In this document: positions 1 to 9,738 of the stretch, in pieces
Layout of the letters: every line of letters starts with the position of its first letter
How positions within the stretch are numbered: position 1 is the first letter of the stretch
NCBI GenBank assembly: GCA_037440005.1
Contig: JBBIUY010000023.1
Coordinates: forward strand, 1 to 45,394
Direction: 5' to 3'
DNA: 45,394 nucleotides
DNA from: Armatimonadota bacterium
GTDB lineage: Bacteria > Sysuimicrobiota > Sysuimicrobiia > Sysuimicrobiales > Kaftiobacteriaceae
Made by a program: the position numbers and the translations under genes
Notes under the pieces: model-generated
What the model was told of the DNA's origin: nothing
Seen by the model: the letters and a program-made list of their open reading frames with translations, nothing else
Database searches by the model: none

Positions 1-609
1 GTGGTGCAGGGGTTCGGCAACGTGGGCTCGGTGGCGGCGTACCTGCTGCACGACCAGGGATGCACGGTGGTGGCCGTCAGCGACTCGGGAGGCGGGATCT
101 ACGCCCCCCGGGGGCTGGACCCCCGCGCGGTCGTGCAGTTCAAGCAGGAGCACGGCTCGGTGGTGGGATTCCCCGGCACGGATCGGGTGACCAACGAGGA
201 GCTGCTGGAGCTGCCCTGCGACATCCTCGTCCCCAGCGCCCTGGAGGGCCAGATCACCGCGGCCACCGCCGCCCGGGTGCAGGCCCGGCTGGTGGTGGAG
301 GGGGCCAACGGGCCCACCACCCCGGACGGGGACGCGGTGCTGGCCGACCGGGGGATCACCGTGGTCCCCGACATTCTGGCCAACGCCGGCGGGGTGGTGG
401 TCTCCTACTTCGAGTGGGTGCAGGGGCTGCAGCAGTTCTTCTGGACCGAGGAGGAGGTCAACCAGAACCTGGAGCGGATCATGGTCCGCAGCCTCGGGCA
501 GGTCCTGCGCACCGCCCAGGAGCGCCGGGTCCCCCTGCGCACCGCCGCCCTCATCCGGGCCATCGAGCGGGTGGCCGACGCCCTGATGACCCGGGGGATC
601 TACCCGTAA
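1..609 (+). CDS. gdhA: Glu/Leu/Phe/Val dehydrogenase (glutamate dehydrogenase), 5'-truncated by window edge
   Basis: VQGFGNVG Rossmann motif, VEGANGPTT, VPDILANAGGVVVSYFEWVQ, C-terminal RGIYP. Confidence 0.93.
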   Translation: MVQGFGNVGSVAAYLLHDQGCTVVAVSDSGGGIYAPRGLDPRAVVQFKQEHGSVVGFPGTDRVTNEELLELPCDILVPSALEGQITAATAARVQARLVVEGANGPTTPDGDAVLADRGITVVPDILANAGGVVVSYFEWVQGLQQFFWTEEEVNQNLERIMVRSLGQVLRTAQERRVPLRTAALIRAIERVADALMTRGIYP

Positions 610-757
610 GCCGCCGGCCGCAGGGGGCGGTTGCGGAGCGCGCCGGCAGGAGTGGGGGGTCGGGCGGCGAACCTAGCAGGCGTCCCGGGGTGTATCCGTC
701 AGGTAGGGGAAAGCGCCCGCGGTTGTCGGCGTGGCGGAGGGGAGTATTCGGGGGAGG

Positions 758-785
758 GGCCGGCGCCCCGCCCGGGGCGCCGGCC
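758..785. repeat. 12-bp perfect inverted repeat (hairpin) in the gdh-livK spacer
   Basis: GGCCGGCGCCCC-gccc-GGGGCGCCGGCC; no U-tract, function unclear. Confidence 0.45.
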
Positions 786-879
786 GGCAGGGGGGTGAGC
801 GCGGGCGACGAAGACGAAGACCCCGTGCAGGGCTGTAGACGCCCGGCACCATACCGACGCTGAGGCAAAGGAGGGAGAC

Positions 880-2151
880 GTGCGGATGAGACCACTGCGG
901 ATACCGCTGGTAGCGGCGCTGGCCGTGCTGCTGGCAGCCGGCGCGTGGATGACCCCCGTGGCGCCCGCCGCCACCGTGGGGCCGGTGACCGACCCCATCG
1001 GGGTGGTGAGGATCGCCCGGGGCCAGCCGCTGATCATCGCCTACTGGCTGGTGGTGGCCGGTCCGGACGCCAGCCTGGGTATCGACAGCCGCCGGGGCAT
1101 CGAGATCGCCATCGACGACAAGGGCGGCCGGCTGCTGGGGCACCCGATCCGGCTGATCGGCGAGGACTCGGGCTGCAACGCCGAGGGCGGGGTGACCGCG
1201 GCCACCAAGCTGGCGGCCAACCGCCAGATCGTGGCGGCCATCGGCAGCAGCTGCAGCAGCGAAGCCGTGCCCGGCGCGCCCATCCTGTGGAAGGCCGGGA
1301 TCGTGACCGTCTCGCCGTCCAACACGGCTCCCCGCCTCACGGCGCCTGACCGGGGGCCGGACTACGACGGCTACCTGCGCACGGCCCACAACGACCTGGT
1401 GCAGGGCCGGGCGGCGGCCCAGTTCGTCTTCCACTTCCTGGGCCTGCGGCGGGCGGCCACCATCCACGACGGCAGCCCCTACGCCGAAGGGCTGGCCAAC
1501 GTGTTCGCCGACGTCTTTAAGCGCCTGGGCGGCACCATCACCTCCCAGGAGGCCATCTCGCCCACCGACACCGACATGCGGCCGGTGCTGACCCGGATCG
1601 CGGCGGGGCGGCCGCAGCTGATCTACTACCCGATCTTCATCGCCGCCGGCGGCCACATCACCCGCCAGGCCAAGGAGGTGGCCGGCCTGGAGCAGGTGAA
1701 GCTGATGAGCGCCGACGGCACCTTCTCGCCCGACTTCTGGAAGGCGGCGGGCGAGGCGGCCAAGGGGGTGTACAACTCCAGCCCCGACCTGTCGGTGGAG
1801 GCCCTGGGGCCCAAGTATCAGGAGTTCCTCAACAAGCACCAGCGCAAGTACGGCGAAAAGCCCCTGTCGGCGTTCCACGCCCACGCTTACGACGCGGCCT
1901 CGATGATCTTCGCGGCCATCGAGAAGGTGGCCAAGAAGGACGCCCAGGGCAACACCTACATCGGCCGCAAGGCCCTGCGGGATGCCCTATTTGCCACCAA
2001 GAACTTCCCGGGGATCACGGGCACCCTGACCTGCAACCAGTACGGGGACTGCGCCGACCCCAAGATCGCCGTCTACCAGACGATCTCGGCGGACCCGGCC
2101 CAGTGGAACCCCGGGACCGATCCGAAGAAGATCTGGTCCATGAAGCGCTAG
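880..2151 (+). CDS. livK: Branched-chain amino acid ABC transporter substrate-binding protein
   Basis: Signal peptide; EDSGCNAEGG, IGSSCS, SPSNT, YLRTAHND, HDGSPYAEGL, AYDA motifs; RBS GAGGGAG at 871-877; start could be ATG 886. Confidence 0.88.
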   Translation: MRMRPLRIPLVAALAVLLAAGAWMTPVAPAATVGPVTDPIGVVRIARGQPLIIAYWLVVAGPDASLGIDSRRGIEIAIDDKGGRLLGHPIRLIGEDSGCNAEGGVTAATKLAANRQIVAAIGSSCSSEAVPGAPILWKAGIVTVSPSNTAPRLTAPDRGPDYDGYLRTAHNDLVQGRAAAQFVFHFLGLRRAATIHDGSPYAEGLANVFADVFKRLGGTITSQEAISPTDTDMRPVLTRIAAGRPQLIYYPIFIAAGGHITRQAKEVAGLEQVKLMSADGTFSPDFWKAAGEAAKGVYNSSPDLSVEALGPKYQEFLNKHQRKYGEKPLSAFHAHAYDAASMIFAAIEKVAKKDAQGNTYIGRKALRDALFATKNFPGITGTLTCNQYGDCADPKIAVYQTISADPAQWNPGTDPKKIWSMKR

Positions 2152-2184
2152 GGAACACACCCCGGTCCGGCCGGGGCGGTCAGC

Positions 2185-2229
2185 GGGGGGGCGGGGACGC
2201 CGCCACTCTTGACGGCGCCCGTCCCCCCC
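2185..2229 (+). terminator. Stem-loop after the SBP gene (partial terminator or mRNA-stabilising hairpin)
   Basis: GGGGGGGCGGG..CGCCG / CGGCG..CCCGTCCCCCCC; typical position between SBP and permease genes. Confidence 0.5.
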
Positions 2230-2282
2230 AGTACGTTTGATGGGAAAATACGTCCGGGGGTGAGACTCTGGCCACCGAGGCG

Positions 2283-3347
2283 GTGGCGGTCAGGTCGCGG
2301 GCCCGGCGGCTGTCGTTCGTGGATGCCTTCCTGTGGGCGTTCCGGCTGGCGGTGGTGCTGGTGGTGGTGTGGGGCACCGTCGGCACCCTGCGCCTGGGGC
2401 GCTACACCGGAGAGCAGTGGCTGGACTTCGTGGTCTTCGGCCTCGCCCAGGGGGGGATCTACGCGCTGATCGCCCTGGGCTACACCATGGTGTACGGCAT
2501 CCTGCGCATGATCAACTTCGCCCACGGCGAGGTGTTCATGAGCGGGGCCTACACCGCCTACTTCGTGGCCGCGCCCCTGGCGGCGTCGGGCTTTCTCAAC
2601 CGCCACCCCCTGGTGTCGTTGCTGGCCATCGTCCTGGTGGCGGCCGCCACCTCCACCGGTGTGGCGGTGCTGGTGGAGCGGGTGGCCTACCGCCCCCTGC
2701 GCCGGGCGCCGCGGCTGGTCCCCCTGATCACCGCCATCGGGGCGTCGTTCTTCCTGCAGTACGCCTTCCGGGGCCTGTACGGCTCCGGCTTCAAGGCCTA
2801 CCCCGAGTTCGCCATCTTCCGGGGGGAGTGGCAGATCGCCGGGGTGGGCATCCTGCGCACCCAGGCGGTGGTCCTGGTGGCGGCCGCCGTGTTCATGTTC
2901 GTCCTGTACCAGGTGGTGATGCGCACCAAGGTGGGGCGGGCGATGCGGGCGGTCTCCGAGGACAAGGACGCGGCGGCCCTGATGGGCATCGACGTGGACC
3001 GGATCATCGTCCTCACCTTCGCCATCGGGGGGGCCGCCGCCGGGGCGGCCGGCGTGCTGTACGCCCTGGTCTTCAAACAGGTGCACTTCTTCATGGGGTT
3101 CGTGCCGGGGATCAAGGCCTTCACCTCCGCGGTGCTGGGCGGGATCGGCAACATCCCCGGCGCCATGCTGGGGGGGCTGTTCTTGGGCGTGGTGGAGTCG
3201 GTGGGGCCGGCGTTGTTCCTGGACGGGCTGGGGATCGTGGCCCCCTACCAGCTCAAGGACGTCATCGCCTTCACCATGCTGGTCATGGTCCTGATCTTCC
3301 GGCCGTCGGGCATCCTGGGCGAGCGCCTGGCGGCCAAGAAGGCATAG
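2283..3347 (+). CDS. livH: Branched-chain amino acid ABC transporter permease
   Basis: GLAQGGIYALIALGYTMVYGILRMINFAHGE, GRAMRAVSED, AFTSAVLGGIG, FRPSGILG. Confidence 0.92.
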   Translation: MAVRSRARRLSFVDAFLWAFRLAVVLVVVWGTVGTLRLGRYTGEQWLDFVVFGLAQGGIYALIALGYTMVYGILRMINFAHGEVFMSGAYTAYFVAAPLAASGFLNRHPLVSLLAIVLVAAATSTGVAVLVERVAYRPLRRAPRLVPLITAIGASFFLQYAFRGLYGSGFKAYPEFAIFRGEWQIAGVGILRTQAVVLVAAAVFMFVLYQVVMRTKVGRAMRAVSEDKDAAALMGIDVDRIIVLTFAIGGAAAGAAGVLYALVFKQVHFFMGFVPGIKAFTSAVLGGIGNIPGAMLGGLFLGVVESVGPALFLDGLGIVAPYQLKDVIAFTMLVMVLIFRPSGILGERLAAKKA

Positions 3348-3356
3348 GAGGAGGAC

Positions 3357-5081
3357 GTGGCGGGCGGCCGAGGGATCCGGCGGGCGGCGGGCGTGGGCCT
3401 GGTGTGGGGCGCGGCTGCGGTGTTCGTGTCCCTGGCCGGCATGGTGGAGATGATGCACGTCCGCGCCGTCGTCAGCGGCGTGGTGTCCCTGGGGCAGGTC
3501 CTGCTGCTGCTGGCGGTGGCCGGGGCGGGGTTTACCGCTGCCCGGGCTGCGAGGGCGCGGGGAGGGGCCGGCCTGCTGGCGGGGGTGACGGCGGGGGTGC
3601 TGGCGGCCGCCCCGGTGGCGGCGCTGGTGCTGCTGGGAGAGCGGGTGAACCTGCGGGCGATGTTCGTCAACGCGTCGCCCGCCCTGTACCGCATCCTCAC
3701 CTTCGACCGCGGCGCGGGCGCAGGTCTCCCGCTGATGCTCGCGCTGGGAGCGGCGGCGGGTGCGGCGGGGGCGGCGGCGGTGGTGACTCCTCCGGCGTGG
3801 CGGCAGCCGGTGGCCCTGGGCCTGTCGGGGGTGCTGGTCCTCAGCGTCTTCCAGGAGCTCATCCAGCTGATCCTGCAGGCCCAAGGTCTGCCCGCCCTGC
3901 TCCGGGACTTCCTGTATGCGCCCGACGGGCCCGCGCTCCGCGGGGCCGGGGCGGTCCTGCTGGGGGCCGCAGCCCTCTCCACCGCCTGGGGGAGAGCGCG
4001 ACAGCCTGTCAGGGCCCGGGTGGCGCGGATGCCGCCGCCGGCCCGGGGGCTGCTGCGGGCCGCCCTGATGGCGGCGGGAGTCCTGCTGCTCCTGCTGGTG
4101 CCGGTGGCCGGCGGGCCGTTCGTGGCCCAGGTGGTGGTCATCGTCGGCCTGTACACCCTGATGGGGCTGGGGCTGAACCTGGAGGTGGGGCTGGCGGGAT
4201 TGCTGGACCTGGGCTTTGTGGCGTTCTTCGCCATCGGCGCCTACACCGTCGGCCTGCTGACCTCCACCGGGCCCCTGGGCATCGCCCACTGGTCGTTCTG
4301 GGCCGCGGTGCCGGTGGCGGTTTTGGTGTCGCTGGTGGCCGGCGTGATCCTGGGCATCCCCGTGCTGGGCATCCGCGGAGACTACCTGGCCATCGCCACA
4401 CTGGGCTTTGGCGAGATCACCCGGCTGCTGGTCCTGTCGGACTTCCTGCGGCCGTGGCTGGGCGGCTCCCAGGGGGTACTGGCGATCCCCAAGCCGTTCC
4501 TGGGACCGTACGAGCTGTCCGGCCCCCAGCACCTGTTCTACGTGACCCTGGCCGGCTCGGCCCTGGTGGCCTACGTGGCGTGGCGGCTGGAGCGGTCCCG
4601 GCTGGGGCGGGCCTGGATGGCCATCCGGGAGGACGAGGACGTGGCCGAGGCGCTGGGCGTGAACCTAGTGCAGGTCAAGCTGCTGGCCTATGGCCTGGGG
4701 GCGGCGTTCGCCGGGGTGGCCGGCGCCATCTTCGCGGTCATGGTGGGGTCGGTGTTCCCCCACAGTTTCCAGCTGCTGATCTCCATCAACGTGCTGGCCC
4801 TCATCATCGTCGGGGGTCTGGGCAGCACTCCGGGGGTGGTGGTCGGCTCCCTGGCCCTGGTGGGACTGCCGGAGCTGCTGCGGGAGTTCGGGGAGTTCCG
4901 CTTTCTGGTCTACGGGGCCGTGCTGGTGGCCATGATGCTCCTGCGGCCCGAGGGCCTGCTGCCCGCCGCCGCCCAGCGGCGGGAGCTGCGGGAGACCGCC
5001 GAGGCCGAGCGGCCCCTGCCCGTCCCCGAGGCGCCCCTGCCCGTGGCGACGTCCGACGGCGGCGTGAGGGCGGAGGGGTGA
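3357..5081 (+). CDS. livM: Branched-chain amino acid ABC transporter permease with long N-terminal membrane extension
   Basis: GLNLEVGLAGLLDLGFVAFFAIGAY, RGDYLAIATLGFGEI, GRAWMAIREDE, RPEGL. Confidence 0.9.
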   Translation: MAGGRGIRRAAGVGLVWGAAAVFVSLAGMVEMMHVRAVVSGVVSLGQVLLLLAVAGAGFTAARAARARGGAGLLAGVTAGVLAAAPVAALVLLGERVNLRAMFVNASPALYRILTFDRGAGAGLPLMLALGAAAGAAGAAAVVTPPAWRQPVALGLSGVLVLSVFQELIQLILQAQGLPALLRDFLYAPDGPALRGAGAVLLGAAALSTAWGRARQPVRARVARMPPPARGLLRAALMAAGVLLLLLVPVAGGPFVAQVVVIVGLYTLMGLGLNLEVGLAGLLDLGFVAFFAIGAYTVGLLTSTGPLGIAHWSFWAAVPVAVLVSLVAGVILGIPVLGIRGDYLAIATLGFGEITRLLVLSDFLRPWLGGSQGVLAIPKPFLGPYELSGPQHLFYVTLAGSALVAYVAWRLERSRLGRAWMAIREDEDVAEALGVNLVQVKLLAYGLGAAFAGVAGAIFAVMVGSVFPHSFQLLISINVLALIIVGGLGSTPGVVVGSLALVGLPELLREFGEFRFLVYGAVLVAMMLLRPEGLLPAAAQRRELRETAEAERPLPVPEAPLPVATSDGGVRAEG

Positions 5082-5088
5082 CGGCCGC

Positions 5089-5874
5089 ATGACCCTCCTG
5101 CGGGCCCGGGGCGTGACCAAGCGGTTCGGCGGCCTGGTGGCCCTCAACCGGCTGGACCTGGACGTACGGGAGCGGGCCATCCACAGCATCATCGGTCCCA
5201 ACGGGGCCGGCAAGACCACCTTCTTCAACTGCGTCACCGGCTTCTACCGGCCCGAGGAGGGGACCATCGCCTTCGGCGAGGACTCGCTGGTGGGGCTGCG
5301 CCCCGACGAGATCGCGGCCCTGGGCATCGCCCGCACCTATCAGAACATCCGCCTGTTCGCCAACATGACGGCCCTGGACAACGTGCTGGTGGGCATGCAC
5401 CTGCACCTGACCAGCAGCTGGGTGGGGGCGGTCCTGGGGCTGCCCGCGGTGGTCCGGGAGGAGGCGCAGGCGGTGCGGCGGGCCCGGGAGCTGCTGGAGT
5501 TCGTGGGCCTGAAAGGGCGGGAGACCTTTCTCGCCCGCAACCTGCCCTACGGCGAGCAGCGCCGGCTGGAGGTGGCCCGGGCCCTGGCGGCGCGCCCCCG
5601 CCTCCTGCTGCTGGACGAGCCCACCGCTGGCATGAACCCCCGGGAGACGATGGAGATGATGGCGTTCATCCGCCGGCTGCGGGACGAGCTGGGGATCACC
5701 ATCCTGCTCATCGAGCACCAGATGCGGGTGGTCATGGGCATCTCCGAGACCGTCACGGTCCTGGACTACGGGACCAAGATCTCCGAAGGCACCCCCCAGC
5801 AGGTGCAGAACGACCCGCGGGTCATCGAGGCCTACCTGGGCACGCGGCGGGTCGGCGTCCCCTCCGCCGGGTGA
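5089..5874 (+). CDS. livG: Branched-chain amino acid ABC transporter ATP-binding protein
   Basis: GPNGAGKTT, ARTYQNIRLF, LPYGEQRRLE, LLLLDEP, VIEAYLG. Confidence 0.93.
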   Translation: MTLLRARGVTKRFGGLVALNRLDLDVRERAIHSIIGPNGAGKTTFFNCVTGFYRPEEGTIAFGEDSLVGLRPDEIAALGIARTYQNIRLFANMTALDNVLVGMHLHLTSSWVGAVLGLPAVVREEAQAVRRARELLEFVGLKGRETFLARNLPYGEQRRLEVARALAARPRLLLLDEPTAGMNPRETMEMMAFIRRLRDELGITILLIEHQMRVVMGISETVTVLDYGTKISEGTPQQVQNDPRVIEAYLGTRRVGVPSAG

Positions 5875-5880
5875 GGCGCG

Positions 5881-6591
<711 letters not shown>

Positions 6592-6624
6592 CTTTCGCAG
6601 GACCACGCCCGGCGCGGGCGGCGC

Positions 6625-8382
6625 TCAGGCAGTCCGGTCCGGCCGGGGTCCGCCGTTGCGGGGGAGGGTGACGGTGAAGGTGGTGCCCTCCCCGGGGCGG
6701 CTGCGGACCGAGATGCGTCCCCCGTGGGCCTCCACGATGTGCCGGGCGATGGCCAGCCCCAGCCCCGTGCCTCCCGACCCACGGGTCCGGGAGCGGTCCA
6801 CCCGGTAAAACCGTTCGAAGACGTGGGGCAGGTCCTCGGGGGGGATCCCGCGGCCGGTGTCGGACACCGTGACCTCCACCTCCTCTCCCCGGGGGACCAC
6901 CGACACCTCCACCCGCCCGCCGGGCGGAGTGTACTTGAGGGCGTTGTCGATCAGGTTGGTCAGGACCTGCTCCAGGCGGTCCCGGTCGGCGGGCGCCACC
7001 ACCCCCGGCGGGGCCTGAACCAGGAGGGTCAGGCCTCCGGCGTCGGCCAGCGGTCGCAGCTTGTCCGCCGTGTGGGCCGCCAGCGCCCCCACGTCCACCG
7101 GCTGCAGGTCCAGGGTGACGTGGCGGCTCTCCAGCCGCGACAGGTCCAGCAGGTCGTCCACCAGCTTGACCAGCCGGTCCACCTCGCTCTGGATGATGGT
7201 GAGAAACCTCCGGCAGGTGGCCTCGTCCCGCATGGCGCCGTCCAGCAGCGTCTCGGTGAACCCCTTGATGGAGGTCAGCGGGGTCCGCAGCTCGTGGGAG
7301 ACGTTGGCGGTCAGCTCCCGGCGCAGGCGTTCGGTCCGGCGCAGTTCGGTGGCGTCCCGCAGGACCGCCACGGCGCCGATCACCTCGCCGCGGTCGTCCC
7401 GGTAGGGAGCGCAGTGGACGTCCACCACTCGGTCCCCCACCAGCCCCGGAGGCAGTTCCTCGGCCACCACCCGCCCCCGGGCGGCTTCTTCCAGCAGGAC
7501 GGCCAGGCGGCCGCGCAGGACCTCCCGGGCGGGGCGGCCCAGGGCGGCGTCGGGGGAGATCCCCAGCATCTCGGCGGCGGCGCGGGTGAACAGGACCACC
7601 TGCCCGTGGCGGTCGGTGGCCACCACGCCGTCGGTCATGCCGCTGACGATGGCCTCCAGCTTCTTGCGCTCGGCGGTGATCTCGGCGATGGTGCGCTGCA
7701 GCCGGTCGGCCATGGTGTTGAACGTCCGGCCCAGCCGCGCCAGCTCCTCGGTGTCGTCCTGGGGGACGCGGCCGGCAAAGTCGCCGGCCGCCAGCCGCTC
7801 GGCCACCTGGCCCAGCTGCAGCAGCGGGCGGGTCAGCCGCCGGCTCAGCCGCGACCCCACCAGCCAGGCGGCTAGCAGGCCCACCAGGACGGCGCCCAGG
7901 GCGCCGGGGACCTGCCGGCGCAGCTGGCGCCACACCCACGCCTCCGGGGCCGACACCTGCACCACCCCCGCGATCCGCCCGTCCGGGCCCAGGACCGGGG
8001 CGGCCGCGAAGACCCGCACCTCCCCGGTGGCCGGGTCGAACCGCACCGCCTGGCCCTCGCGGCCGGCGAACGCCGCCGCTACCTCCGGCGCGGCCGGATC
8101 CAGGGGCTGGGAAGAGCGCCCGGTGGCGTCGATGAGGGTGATGGTCGCCTCCCGGCGCCACCGCAGGGCCTGTACCATGGGCTGCAGGTCCGCCAGGTTG
8201 CGCTCGCCGGCGTACTCCCGCATCATCAGCGAGATCACCTTGGCCTGGATGGACACCGCGTAGACGTAGGAGTTGACGTAGGAGCGGTGCAGGGCCCGGG
8301 CGCCGTAGGCCGTCACCAGGACCAGGACCAGCAGCACCAGCAGCAGGTACGACGAGGTCAGCTTCCACCGGATGGACCGCAC
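6625..8382 (-). CDS. Membrane sensor histidine kinase (HAMP-PAS-HisKA-HATPase; PhoR/WalK-like)
   Basis: Two TM segments, HAMP, PAS, H-box ANVSHELRTPLTSIKG, N-box NLIDNALKY, DTGRGI, GGTGLGLAI. Confidence 0.92.
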   Translation of the reverse strand: MRSIRWKLTSSYLLLVLLVLVLVTAYGARALHRSYVNSYVYAVSIQAKVISLMMREYAGERNLADLQPMVQALRWRREATITLIDATGRSSQPLDPAAPEVAAAFAGREGQAVRFDPATGEVRVFAAAPVLGPDGRIAGVVQVSAPEAWVWRQLRRQVPGALGAVLVGLLAAWLVGSRLSRRLTRPLLQLGQVAERLAAGDFAGRVPQDDTEELARLGRTFNTMADRLQRTIAEITAERKKLEAIVSGMTDGVVATDRHGQVVLFTRAAAEMLGISPDAALGRPAREVLRGRLAVLLEEAARGRVVAEELPPGLVGDRVVDVHCAPYRDDRGEVIGAVAVLRDATELRRTERLRRELTANVSHELRTPLTSIKGFTETLLDGAMRDEATCRRFLTIIQSEVDRLVKLVDDLLDLSRLESRHVTLDLQPVDVGALAAHTADKLRPLADAGGLTLLVQAPPGVVAPADRDRLEQVLTNLIDNALKYTPPGGRVEVSVVPRGEEVEVTVSDTGRGIPPEDLPHVFERFYRVDRSRTRGSGGTGLGLAIARHIVEAHGGRISVRSRPGEGTTFTVTLPRNGGPRPDRTA

Positions 8383-8401
8383 GGGCGTCCTCCCGGCCGT
8401 G

Positions 8402-9124
8402 TCAGCGGGAGTCGGCCGTTCCCCGCCGGGAGCCGTCGCTCCCCTTGAACTTGTACCCCACCCCGCGCACCGTGACGATGTAGGTGGGCGCTACCGGGTC
8501 GTCCTCGATCTTCTCCCGCAGGCGGCTGATGTGCATGTCCACCGTCCGGGTGCTGCCGTAGTAGTCGTACCCCCAGATCCGCTCCAGCAGGAAGTCCCGG
8601 GTGAAGACCCGGTTGGGGTGGCTCATGAGCAGCCGCAGCAGCTCGAACTCCTTGGCGGTCAGGTCCACCGGCCGCCCCCGCAGGGTCACCTCGTGGGTGG
8701 CCGGATCCAGAACCAGCGCGCCGGCCCGCAGGGGGCCGGCGGCCGGGGGCGCCGGCGGGGCGGCGGTGCGGCGGAGGATGGCCCGCACCCGGGCCACCAG
8801 CTCCCGGGGGGAGAAGGGCTTGGTCACGTAGTCGTCGGCGCCCGACTCCAGCCCGCCCACCCGTTCCACCTCGCCGTCCCGGGCGGTGAGCATGATGATG
8901 GGGACGGCGGACTCCCGGCGGATCCGCCGGCACACCTCCAGTCCGTCCACCGATGGCAGCATGATGTCCAGGATGATCAGGTCCGGCCGCGCGTCCCGGG
9001 CGCGGGCCAGGGCCTCGCCGCCGTCGGCGGCGGTGACCACGTCAAACCCTTCCTGCAACAGGTTGTACCGCACCAGTTCCACGATGTGCGGCTCGTCGTC
9101 CACCACCAGGATCCTGGCAGGCAT
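8402..9124 (-). CDS. OmpR/PhoB-family response regulator
   Basis: ILVVDDE, LDIMLP, GADDYVTKPFS, winged helix RTVDMHISRLREKIE..TVRGVGY. Confidence 0.94.
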   Translation of the reverse strand: MPARILVVDDEPHIVELVRYNLLQEGFDVVTAADGGEALARARDARPDLIILDIMLPSVDGLEVCRRIRRESAVPIIMLTARDGEVERVGGLESGADDYVTKPFSPRELVARVRAILRRTAAPPAPPAAGPLRAGALVLDPATHEVTLRGRPVDLTAKEFELLRLLMSHPNRVFTRDFLLERIWGYDYYGSTRTVDMHISRLREKIEDDPVAPTYIVTVRGVGYKFKGSDGSRRGTADSR

Positions 9125-9145
9125 CGTCCCCTCCCCGCCGGACCG

Positions 9146-9550
9146 TTACATCACCCGGCGGACCTCTCCTCCCCACCACCCCGTGAGGCTGATCAGGACC
9201 GCCCCGGCCACAGCCGCGGCCAGGGAGAGGGCCGGGGGCATCCGTCGCCAGCGCCAGCGGGCGACGAACAGGGCCAGGTACAGCCCCGTGGTGGTGTAGG
9301 CCAGCAGGCTGTGCACTCGGTGGCGGTCGATGAAGGCCTGACCGACCCCCTCGGCCACCCGGGGGCGGTAGTCCACGAAACCGGCGGCGATGGACACCCC
9401 CGCGCCCAGCAGTCCCAGCCCCACCAGGTACGCCGACGCGACGGCGAACGCCCGGTCCCGGCGCCAGAGGTGCAGGAGGTCGAACAACAGGCTCGTCAGC
9501 CACAGGGCGATGGGAAAGTGCACCACCAGAGGATGGTAGAGAAACGGCAT
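9146..9550 (-). CDS. DUF2231-like membrane protein
   Basis: HPLVVHFPIAL N-terminus, four hydrophobic segments, C-terminal TGWWGGEV. Confidence 0.75.
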   Translation of the reverse strand: MPFLYHPLVVHFPIALWLTSLLFDLLHLWRRDRAFAVASAYLVGLGLLGAGVSIAAGFVDYRPRVAEGVGQAFIDRHRVHSLLAYTTTGLYLALFVARWRWRRMPPALSLAAAVAGAVLISLTGWWGGEVRRVM

Positions 9551-9598
9551 CGCGCCTCCCGCACCGTCCGGCGGAGTCCGCCGGACCGTGTGTGCTCC

Positions 9599-9650
9599 AG
9601 TCTACCCGGTCCGCCGTACTTCTGTCACCGGAGCGTAACGGTCCGGTAAC
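9599..9650 (-). promoter_or_regulatory. Putative promoter with three 11-bp-period direct repeats (OmpR/PhoB-type binding site)
   Basis: GTCAC/GTAAC/GTAAC at 9624, 9635, 9646; - strand -10-like TAGACT at 9599-9604. Confidence 0.6.
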
Positions 9651-9738
9651 GGTCGCGGGTGCGCGGCAGGAGCCGGCGGGCCCAAGGACGCCGCCCGGCG
9701 GCCGTCGAAGGGGATGGCGGCGCCGCCGAGGAGGAAAC

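Noticed and set aside
610..879. Riboswitch or T-box leader upstream of livK
   Set aside because: Only a GC hairpin and weak GGGWGTATYC-like similarities; no T-box or known aptamer consensus recognised.
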